Source of the DNA: Phoronis australis | Taxonomy: Eukaryota > Animalia > Phoronida | Length of the DNA stretch: 64,000 bases | Direction of reading: 5' to 3' | NCBI GenBank assembly: GCA_002633005.1 | Contig: NMRA01000022.1 | Span: 991,357-1,055,356, forward strand | In this document: positions 38,101 through 50,100 of the stretch, in pieces | Layout: each line of letters opens with the position of its first letter | How positions within the stretch are numbered: position 1 is the stretch's first letter | The notes under the pieces: generated by a model | Databases searched by the model: none | Seen by the model: only the letters and a program-made list of their open reading frames with translations | Told to the model about the DNA's origin: nothing | Program-made: the position numbers and the translations under genes

Positions 38101-41100
38101 AAGTCCACACAATTCACGGGAAGTCGGCGCGGATGCACGGTGAGTGGGTCTGAACCTAGTGGCCCCGTTTTTTAGTTCTCGTGGATTTCTTTCAGTAAAA
38201 GGTCCGCATACCGAAAAATTCGAGCCCCCCCCTATATTTTAGGCTGGATGCGCGCATGGACATCATTGTCAAGTTTTCCTTCTATTCTTATTAATGTTGC
38301 CGAAATATAATTCAGTGCGGATACCCATCGCTATTACTGGAGCAGTACTACAATTGTTATCATGGTTGATTACTGTTGCAGTTTAGGTAATTATTTTCAT
38401 CACAGGTACTTACGCAGCGATTCGTTCAAGGCCAACATGGAAAAACAAAGAATAGCTGTCTCCGAGTTCGGAACTCTTGCTACGCCAGATCCTTGCGACT
38501 CGTGTTTCAAAAGGTAGCTCTACGCGCGTAAGAGTCCAGAGAAATAATTAATTCCAAAGATCTAAATTTCATGTGTATGGATTCAAAATATTTCTATTAT
38601 ATAAACCCGAAAAAACATGAATTTTGATATAGACAGCTTCTCGCTATCAACCTGGTATCATTTTGTTCGGTACACAGATAAGAAATCAGTTCTGAGCCGG
38701 TAAAAACCTGATAGTTCGTTATTGCTTTAGAACCATAAAATGACCCGCCTTGACCACCCAAATTGTAGAGCCTGGTCTTAAGCAAAAATGTTCTGCCAGA
38801 AATAAGCGCTGGTTGGACTAAGGAAAGTTTTGAGACCAATTTCATCTGTGTAAGAGGTCAAGTCAGCAGTTCTTCTTGCGACGGAAGGAGGATTCTTTAT
38901 ACCTTTGCGGCGAGAGAGCGTCCTCGAAATTGTGGAAAACAGTAACAGTAATTTTCGTCTTTTGAATCGACTTTTCAGTTGCGGTAAAAACAGAAACGTG
39001 TGAATTTTGACAAACTCTTTCGCATGTTTGTATAGGTCGCTGCCTGCACAGCCCATTTCAGAAATGGCCTCTGTATTCCTATCCCAAGGTGGCGATGCCG
39101 TCTCGTTCTCGAGTCGGTTCACCTAGAACTGTCACACAACATGTAAATATACGACATCCCTTAAACCGCTCAAATATTTCAATTTACGAGAAAGGAAAGA
39201 ATGAGAAATTATCGCACACAGAAAGTGTCGTTTGGCTCTTGATGCCCGATATCGCAGGATAACACCATGCTTTTTCATCTAGAAATACCGCACTCGGTTA
39301 CATGAGAAGATATTATCTGATCGGATCTACGGGAGCTAATGCTCTAGTGTTGCCTTGCAAAGTAATAATGATATTAGCTCTTAAATAGAGCTGAAAGTCC
39401 ACTGGAGGGATTTTCTCCACATAATGAATTGGATATAAAGCAAAAGAATGGGAGGAAAAAATTCTTATTCAGTGTGTTAGTACTAACCAAGTCAAATTCC
39501 CTTGACACGTTTGGAAACCACAAGCGGCCTTACCGTTGTATTTCGCCTGTGTTTACTTCCTCTTACAAACAACGAATCGAATCGTTTGTCATCTTCTACT
39601 CTTAGTTTTTGACTTAATGACGTCATGTAGTGACCCGAAAGCCAACCAATGAGCCCAGTTAATGCTTGACGTACAATTCGAGTGTGACGTACATGGCACT
39701 TGATTCTAAACTTTCACTGTGCGCACTTCCAACTGTTGGTGTACCGACTACAAATCCTATGCGTTCAGCTTGATATATCGCGTGATTCCGTACAGACATT
39801 TTGCAACTGATCATTATCTTTTCAGGTTCACTGCTACGTTTACTCAGAAAAAAGCAACTGACAATTGCTGTGTCAATATAATTCCTTTTAAAAATGACGA
39901 GGTTTACGTTGCCACGGAAACTCCTTACATACGCAAGTTTAATCTTCCGTCGTTAGACACACTGGAAAAGGTTAGCTATTGAAATTTCGTGGAAAAGATA
40001 ATGTCTAAATATAAGCTCAAATGAGCGTTACAGATATCCTCCGTATTTTATTGTAAACTGTGTAGAAACTTTCCTAAGCTCTACTTTGACTTTGTGCCTC
40101 TAACTTGTTGTGTTCTGTATCCCACACCATCTGCTCCAATCATGGGACTCCAAAACTTTTGGACTCTCTTCTTCTCGGCCCATTTGATGCAATCTGGCCC
40201 ATTTGCTGCAATCTGTAGAAGATTATGAAGAGCTGCCACTGACTTCCATTGCCACTTCCCACCCCCTCAAGTCATAATCCTGGATCCGCGCTCGGGTATC
40301 GTCCTCATGCTGTTGTGTTGTAGGTTGATCTTCAGCAACTGGTTGCAGTCAACATGGCTACTGCACATCCACATTTTGAACAAGACGGTACAATGTATAA
40401 TATTGGAAGCTCGTATGACGGCAAACCACATTTCTGCGTCATCAAAGTCCCACCAGCTGACCTGAAAATTAACGGTTAGTTTCTCCACTGTGCCGCCTGA
40501 CTGGGCGCTCCATATTTTCCCTTTTGAATCTTAACGTGAAAAACAGACTAAACTGCATTATTCAAAGTGGTTCTACGTCATTGAAACAGAAGTTCATTAG
40601 GCATTGTTAACTAAAGATTTTGAACTTGTGTTGGTGTCAAAACATTTTTCATTTATTTTTAATTTCATAAAAAATATTCTGTCAGCTCCTCGTCATTTTG
40701 TCGGTTTTTCTCCCACAAGACAAGGCACGTCTTTTTGTTTGCTATGGCAAGATATAGACGTATTACATTTCCTTTATATGGAAATTTTACCTTTGACCTT
40801 TAATATAAACAAAACTGTCGATTTCAAGCAGCAGCCACTCCAACTTCGTTAAAGAAGAATGCCACCCGAATTAATTAGTCTTTTTTAGCGTCTTAATCGG
40901 TCTATATTCACATCGCCTCTTATACGGTCGACCTCACCTAGCCGAGAGGTGTCGCTTTAACCAGTGAGGAAGGTGAGAAACGACGTAGCGACGTCAGTGG
41001 TTCGTCTGCAGAGTGAATGCCGATATATTGCGGTGCATCGTTCCCGCTTGTCCGAACTATGAAGCTGCGAAGAAAGCGGGTATATCGTTTTTTCGGCTTC

Positions 41101-44100
41101 CTCGAGAGCCCGAAATCCTTAGAAATTGGCTCGCGGTAATGAAGAATGAAACGAACGCTGTTAATAGCAAATACGAGGCCGTGAATCATCTCCGCGTCTG
41201 TGGCCGGCATTTCCTCGACAGTGATTTCTCTGACGAATTCCGGCTAACCAAAGAACTATCCATACGTTCCGTTACCTGTACATGTTCACGGAACCTCTCT
41301 AGTATTTCTTGAACAGTGTATTCCGGTTCGAACTGATAGCCTGTGAAACCTAACGATCAGACCCGTGAAGTCTTCGTCGGATGAGCTCTTGACTAAGTCG
41401 GGGATTGCGCCTGGCGAGTTGCCATGTAGACGTTTATTTTCTGCTTTCTGTTTCAAAATGAATTATTCTCATCCTAACCAATGCTTATATAAAACTGAAA
41501 CAAAGTCTGTCTCATTAGATACAATCTGTAATGCCTTTGCAGTATTCGTGAGTGCAAATGTTGAGAAGCCAGCAATGAATAAACCACTACGTTACCAGCT
41601 TTTGATACCGACAATAAAGGTAATTGACCGGGCACCGAGGCCGTGTGAGCGCATGCTAATTCAGTGTTTTCTGACAGAAAGCTGTTGTGAAACAATTACT
41701 CGATTTTTTATGTTATGGTCACGTGTTAGGGGAATCTTTATTTAGAAATACAAATGCATTATTCAAATCATTGTTACTGTACAACCTTTGCTCTGACGGT
41801 CTGTGGAAGGGGAACCCAACTTCGCGACCCCCGACAAGTAAGTACTGAGATTTTCAGTTTCGTGGCTAATTCACATAAATAATTACGTGGACATTATTTC
41901 ATTGACTCACTATTATACTAGTCTTTTCGTGACTGGAGGTTAAGTTTCCAATTCAAGCTGGTTTATGTTCGTGCCAGTTCCGGTGGCCGCGACGGGCTTG
42001 ATCGGGTTCCGAGCCACTGGCCGGGATAACAAGCGTTTTGTGTGTTTAGAACTCAAAAAATCTCAAGCCTAAACAGCACAGATCTAGATTTTCCTGTCTG
42101 TATTTCAAGGAAGAATACTTCGAATTTATCTCCGAACAGAACCCAAACTCCTGCTACGGACCTTGGTAAATTGACCTGCCGAACTTTGTAGGCTACGGTG
42201 GGTCCAAATACCAATAAATCCGTATCAGCGAAATAAAACAATACGTTTTTATAAGAACTATGTGTATTTTTAAGGCTTTTACTTCGAAGTTTGATGATTT
42301 ATTGGTGTTAAATGATGAATTCAAGCGATAAGCTTACACCAGTAACCCGTGTTGTGAACTGCTTAACAGACTGCATGTGAAACCAATGACGTCATTGGAT
42401 AATTTCAACACATCCGTCTGCCGTCAGGTGTCAGGTAACGCAAACGAACGTGCCGTTATCGAGTAGAACTATTCGAGCTAAATTGATACAAAACAGGTTG
42501 TTTTTTTGGGTGGCATTCTCCTTTAAGCGTATGTGCACAAATTCATTATTAGGAACAGGGAATTTGAAAACTGTAATGAGGTGAAAGAGTTTATGCTTAG
42601 TCTGTGTTTCAAAATATCGATTTTTATGGAACTTCCTGCAATATTCAAAGTGAACAACTCTCACGTTTGTATCCTGTTTAAAAGGCATTTTTACGAGTTT
42701 TTACGTTCCATGCCGCTTTAACCTGAATCTGACTATTTGGAGTAGTACGTACTGTTTCGGTGGACACCATGTAAGCTTACTGACTCTCAAAACTGTGCAA
42801 CAGTAAGGACCGAGAGCTTAAATTGCATATCAGCGATGTATTGTCCAACTTTTGAAAATTTGGAGATTGGCTATTTTAATTTATGCAATTGCTAAAATAC
42901 TATAAATTAATTCCTTTTATATTTATGAGAAATTTTGATTTTTTTTTCGAAGTTTTATCTCAGAATATCATATCCTCTACATTACTTAATGCTGCCGTTT
43001 CAGAAATACGTCACTGAATACAGAAAAGTGGGACTAATCCGTATTCAACGGCTTAGACGTATTTCAGAGATGGTGTACAATCTCATTGTGGTAAATTCGC
43101 CTGCACAACGTCAAATTTGGCTAGTCTTGTTCATTTGGGCTACCTAAAACATTCAGTAAAGATATCGTTCCTGAGAGAGCAATGTTACTGCTGTACAAAC
43201 TGCAAGGCCGTAGTAAAAGGTGGGGCCGGGTGGGGGGGGGGGGGCACGTGCCCCCCAAAATTTGCGGGCGTCAGGTTTAAACCATGGCAACCGACATAGG
43301 CGTAGGACAGATGACAGTCGAGAAAAGAAAGACTAAAATACGGATACGAGAGTAAATTCAAGAGAATAACTACTCAGCGTCAGTGCATGAATTACCCTTT
43401 GAGGGCCCTGGCCAGGACATTGTGGTTAGAGTCTCCGTTTTTGCAGCATACATGTAGGTCACCTAAACGCGCTTGAAAACCTTCACTTTATCATTCATAC
43501 ATATATTTCGAAAAATCGAGAAAATTCGTTTTGCAAATGCAGAAATGTTTTCCAAAGGCCCTTCTCTGGATAACAGAGACAACTGTCGCCCTGCTCTTGT
43601 GTATCACTTGAGAAAATTGAAGGCTTGGCAGATAACATCAATTAGTGCACATTTCCTGACTTTTGAAAGTATAGATCTTTTCATATTTAGGGGCCCAGCT
43701 CTTGAAGAGGGCTATTGATGACATTCAAGTGGCCACCCTTTTCGTGTTTTTATTGACAAATTCTTAAGGGGCCGCTCACGAAGAGAGGACCCAATGTTGG
43801 AATCGATTACCTTTATTTTCCTGTTTTTTTGTGAAATCGTACAATCGGCTTTTATGCTGAGGAAGGTCACTTCTTGCCTGGTCACTCTTGCTATTTTCCA
43901 AGCTTAATAATGTATAGCCTTTCATCTTGGGAGTCCCATTTCAGACGGGACCCTTTCTCGGTGGGGCAGTTCGAGCGCATTGTCCTGACACTTGTACATG
44001 GAAATCCGACAATGCCAAGTATTCACGAGGGTAGGCTGAGATCCCAAATTCATCAAAAATACAAAACATTCATGCACAGCTCAGCAGTATCAAAAAATTA

Positions 44101-47100
44101 GACCCAAACAACCAAAAATGTGAAAAATATAGTGTAGGATTTTCCGCCATCAAAATGGTGGAATTTTCAAGAACATGAAGACCGCTATTTGTGGTTTACA
44201 CAAAAAAAGCTATTTCCGATGGTTAGTTGTAAAATAATGTTATATTTTTCCCATAGTATCACAAGAATAGTATTTCTTTTGAAAATCGTTACTAGGGACT
44301 ATTTGTAATGAATTCACCAATGTTGAAAGGACTGGGGACTGCGATATGTGATGACCGTGTACATGTCGAGCGGGTACTCAAAATACTTGCAATAATATAC
44401 AAGTATTTCAGTGTTTTTTTTGAAGTTCAAGTTAAACTCGTGAACCGTTTCAGGTACATCGGAAATGAGCAAAAATACACCTTAGTATGTATACACCATC
44501 TTCCATGTTCCCTCGGTTACCCGTCAAAAATCTGCGAGCATGCCTGCGGAAACTGATTAAAACATTCCGTTTTGATTAACAAAATTCGTTGGTTTCTGAT
44601 TTACGAAAACCGACAGGTTAATAGATGATTTTTGGTAATTAGAAGCTAATATTTTAAGAAATGAAGATGTTTCAGTGAATTTAGCTGCAGCCTGAATATG
44701 AAAAAAATCCATTATCCGATCCCCAAATAGTAAATTGCACTTGGGCGCGTTTTGCCTATCTAAAATAACTCTCAAGGACATTAATGAGATTTGGACAGTT
44801 CCCAGAAATTTACTCACAATTCAAATGACAATAAATGCATTGCTTTTTGACTTCGGCACAAGATTTGCCGTTTAAACTCACTGATAGGGGATAAAGGACT
44901 GGATTCATTAAATCAAGGTAAGCGTTCATAAATTCGATTCTTGCTTTTTTGATTTACATGTTAATGTATCAAAGAAAATGGAGTGATTGATAGATGATTT
45001 TTTTGACAATTAAAAGCCAATCTTGTAAGAGATGACAATGCTTCAATGAACTTAGTTGCAGGCTGACACTGGGAAAATTCAATCTATCATGAGATTGCCA
45101 AATATTGTACACTGAACGATTTTTGTCTATCTGAAATAAGTCTCAAGGATATATTTGATGAATGTCGGACACCTATACAAAGTGTCCCAAAATGTTCACA
45201 CAATTCAAATGACAATAAATTGTTTATTGGTTTAGGAGCTAGATTAGTGGTTTAAAGTTTACAAACCGTAGATCAAAAAAGAAGTTTAAGTATTTTAATA
45301 AATAAATAAAATTAAACTCGTTGCTTATCAACTAGGAAATGTTGTCTTTGAACTTCCTCGATGTTTTTAGTTTCCAAAAGTATTGTGCAATGAATTTTTG
45401 TTCTTCAAAACTGAATCGTTTGCTTTCCATTCTCGTGCATACTACACACACGAAGCACGTCATGACTGACGCACCCATGTTCAAAATAAGGTGTAACCAT
45501 GCATGCGATAGGCCTGCGCAGAATCTCAGAGATCCACGGGAACTGAATTTGAACTCCAGGCGTTGAAGTGTGTACATTTTTGGGGCACATCCTCTATCAA
45601 GGGATTCTTTAAGGGCCACAAAGGCACTCATACCAGGGACCTCGGGACCTCACCTTTCCAAAAAATTCATTCAAAGTACGGCCATAATAAAATGGATCTT
45701 AATAAAACGAATCTTGACCTTAGAGCCAGCGCAGAGGATTAGCTACATGTACGAGCTGAGCTGCCTGTATCAAGTGAATCATAGCTGAACTGACCAGGGA
45801 CTAGCTCTAGTTCTTCGAATTCACAATGGGATCCCACCTACAGTTACTTGAGGCAGCTCCCAGCTACCCGTCAGGGCGATGGTCCTAGACCCATTCTTAC
45901 TCTCCATGAAGCTTTGTTAGTTCACGGTTACTCAAGTCCTTACGGTTACATCCCCGGTATTACCTCCCCCCACCTTTGGCGGACATGGGGGGGGGGAGGT
46001 TCGGTACAAATATGGTAACATCCAGAGAACGGGGTGCGGGCCGGGTTGCAATCTAAAGAGAGTAGGTTGGCGAATTTGAATTGGTTTGTGTCCTCCCAAT
46101 AAATTTTGCCTTCTTACGGGCAAAAACTTTCAGTAAAGTTTCACCGATGAAAATTCCGACGGATAGTGATCAGACCGCTATTTTTAGGCTTCTCTAATTT
46201 GTATTTGGGTCATAAAAATAGGCTAATTGCCTACAGAACGTCACCACAAGAAATGGGCAAAATCTAGTTCAAATCAACGAAAATGTTTTGTTATGAATGC
46301 AAACAACGCTGAGAACTACATGTAAAACATCTACAAGAATGGCGACCGTGTAGAAAAAAATTGCTGACACGATCGAAGCGTTCCTCGACTCGACCTCAGG
46401 CTTATCTCGCAACATGTCCTTGACGTTTAGCTCAAGTTCCTTAAATCAGCTGCACGTTGTCAAACACAGTTTCCATGATTGTTTCCCTGTGGTGTGATGA
46501 ACAGAGGAAATATGTCTATCACAACTTCAGAGGAATCACTGATAATGTGCCAGCCACCCAGCCTGTGTTGGCGCCCATACACAGTGCATGTAAGATTTTA
46601 ACTCCTCGTAATCCCAGTCACCAATTCCCAAACGTTGTTTCATATGTCAGTACAAGTAGCAGTCGAGTTTTCCCTTACCAAACCATCCTCACTTTTTGAT
46701 TTCACTAAACATGAAATTGTATTTTGCAGACGAGTCGCCTACCGCTTTCTCTAACGCCACCATCTTGTCCAGAATACCCGGACAGTTCAGAGTATACCCA
46801 TGCTACATCCACAGTTTCGCCATGACTGACAATCACATCATCTTGATGGAACAGCCGTTGTACATTAACGTCCGCAAGGTTATCACAAATCATCAAATTA
46901 TGCGCCGGCCTATCTCGGAGTGTTTTGAGTTTTCAAAGGAATATTCAGTAAGTACAACTATTTTTAATGTCAGAATAAACGTGAAGTCAAGGACCTTGAA
47001 GAGCTGTAAAATCATGCGTAATTGGAATTCTAATTAACGAATATAAAAACCCGTGTTACTTTTCTATGTGATTCTACTGCCAACTTAGACACTGGGCCAT

Positions 47101-50100
47101 TTCATGTAAATCGCTTTCATAATAAACAGCGTAGGCGATGTATCAACAGGATACTAAAACCTGATTTTGGCATATCATTAGGTGTAAGAATGACTTTCCC
47201 ATCCTCCTGGTAGGAGCACTGTCGTCGAGCATTTTAGCAAGTCTCCGACTTCTGTTGCGTTTGCATCGATGTCTGCTTAGGTCCTTGATGGTTGTTCTCG
47301 ATCTTTGACAGATAAGTTACTATGACGTAAACAACAGCGCCTGTCATGTTTCATATGGATTTAACCAACGTTACAGCCCCTAGCGGTCTTTTTATTGCCT
47401 TTGTTTAATGTCCTTTCCGGAAAGAGTCAAAGAGACAAAACCCGCGGACCTTGACCTAATTTGAACTACTGTCGTTGTGAACTCAATATTGTTCAGTGTA
47501 CACGCTACATGTAATTGCGCAGCACTTTTTCATCTGAATAAGAAGAATCATCACCGTGTAAAAGGGTATTTACCTTAGTGCAGACATGTTAAGCAAATTC
47601 TCAGGGTAGATTTTGATGGATTCTGGTCGTGCAGCCGTCGTCCACATAGATTGATCCAGACGCCTCTGCCGTCCTGTGCTTCGGATTTTGGATAAAGTAA
47701 ATCCCCGGAATCTTTTATGGATACTTCTTGTAACTTGTAGTCGTTAAACGACAAAATCCTTTCTTCGAGTTTATTCAAGTAGAAAATTTCTTTCCAAACC
47801 AAAACTTAGCAGGGATTTCGTCCCTTTAGGTTTGTCTTACACCAATGTGTCCGACAAATCGGTCTAATGCCACGGTTCCGGCCAGCTACTCCATAAAATG
47901 AAAAAAATATGATTGGCTGGATATGACGATGGGGTGTGACTGCCGCGAATGGTATTTCGTAGCTCTTTGATTAGTTGTTTTGAATAAGTCCACCCATTTA
48001 GCTTCTGCGCTGTTTTTCGCGCCGTTTTGAAACGACTTCCTTATTTAGAGTGAAAATTTTGCTGCAAATGCAGAAACCCTTCTGACCAATGGAAATTGAA
48101 AAAGTCTGGTTGGTAAAGGCACATTTCAGCCATCAATTTTGGAGTAGATATAGAGGCCATTTGGAATCTTGTCTCAACTCTGGGAACGGAGTGATGGTGG
48201 ATTTGGCATTTGGGAGACAAAAAACCCACCAAACTCGCATTTTTACATCTCAATTTTCCCTGGTGGACATGCCAATGAAAAAAGCAATGGTTTTGTCGAT
48301 TTTTTATCCATGAAAAACTACGTAAGATGTGATTTCTCTGCAAGTTCTGCAATTTTGTGAGATGTCCTGAAACATGAGTGGTAGCAAGTGTATTTGTTAA
48401 ACCAGTTGACTCGAGTAGTCAGCCAAACTATGGTGGTAGCCCAATTACTCGTTTGATGCATGACGTCACAGTAGGAATTCCTGACTGGATTTTACTGTAA
48501 GAAATTAGCTGGTGGGTGTTTAGGAGAATTTCATTGTGTAAGGTGCTAGATACTACAGTTTACTTAATTGCTCACATCTGTACACCTGTAATGTATTTCA
48601 GACGAAAATACATGTGATCAAGAAATCCACTGGCGAACTACTCCAGCAGAAGTACACGTCACCTCCGCAGATGGTGTTCCATCATATCAATGCCTATGAG
48701 GAGAACGGCCATATTGTCATGGATGTTGTAGATCATGAAGATGGATCGTTAATAAATGTCCTTGATTTGGACTTCTTCAGGAAAGAGGACGGTGGAGTCT
48801 CCAATGGCTCGGCGTTGAGATTTGTGTTTCCTCTATCAGTCTCAGAGGTATCTGTACAAATGTCGTGTATTAATGTATTTTATCATGAATATGACATAGC
48901 TCAGCTGTCTGGTAGTCACGTTTCTGAGTAAAAACTGATAGAATCAGGTATGCTAACGATTTATGGGCCACTCTTATGCCATACTGACCACAGATACGTT
49001 TTAGCTTGTCTGACACACCTTTAACATACGGAAACGATGTCACAGTTGAAGGACGTTCCCTGTTGTTACTGTCATTCACCCTACCTACATCTGTGAACAC
49101 CCATTTGGGGTAGCCTGGTTCACGTGTGACCTCTCCGCTTCCCTGTCCCCGAGATCCGAAGCTATTGTTTCCGCTCTGTATGTGAGAGTCCGGATCACGC
49201 CATACTTATGCTTTAACGGGTGGTGGGAGTTGAATGCTAGATACTGGTCGATGGGAGTAGGCTTACGGTATACCTCACACAGGGGGGGTGGGTGACCCTC
49301 TAAGTAGATGGAAACCAAGCACTCTATAAGTGTGAACTATTATACATGTATTGATCTTCCTGGTTGATATGACGGAAAGAAGCATCCGCCCCAGAGTGTC
49401 TACCCACAAAGAACGTATCATTCAGGTTGCGAAACCAAACGGAACGCTCGTGTACCACCTTAACGCGTGCGACTGAAAGTTCCTCACGTACAACTTGGCA
49501 ATGATGGGAGACACCTGAGAACTTATGGCACAACCATATTCCTGACACATAGAAACTACGTTACAAAATATCAAACTTAATGAGTATTTCAGCTCCAAGA
49601 CACACTATAACAATTTTCTTACACGCAGCCACCTTAGAAAAACAGAAACCTCAGCAAGGTGCCACAACCCTATGTTGAGGCTTTTAAAGGTGGAACCACA
49701 CCCTAAAGACAGAAACCGCTTATCGATATGTCAGCGTTGGGTTCTTACAGGGCGCTAAGGCGGGCGACAACCTGGTTTCTTTGACTTCGATGCAAACTAC
49801 TGCTACTGCTATGTTAAAGCAAGACGGTTCAATCTACTGCAAAGGGGAAATGTTGTGTGGATCAGGTAATTCGGAAACAACGAATATACTGCACGGTTAC
49901 ATAGTCATTGCCGTTTTGCACTTGAAAGGATACCCAAACCCAGATTTGGCCTATTAACAGGTATTTAAAACGACTTTCCCATCCAGTTCTCTGAAACAAA
50001 GTAATCAGGTCTGTAACCCTCGACAACCCTCAAAACCTTGGAGAAAAAGTTGAAAACTCCTTTCAATGTCTGTTTAACGGGCATGCCTGACCTATGCCTT

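Larger units (their letters stand above)
40853..42522 (+). mobile_element. Kolobok-type non-autonomous DNA transposon (1670 bp, both ends present)
   Basis: TTAA TSDs at 40849-52 and 42523-26; 15-bp TIR AGAAGAATGCCACCC / GGGTGGCATTCTCCT; AG...CT termini; THAP remnant on + and KolX-like remnant on -. Confidence 0.85.

Noticed and set aside
40853-42522. piggyBac assignment, or a host THAP gene
   Set aside because: The ends are AG...CT rather than CC...GG, and the THAP remnant lies inside a multi-copy TIR/TSD-bounded element without an intact start.
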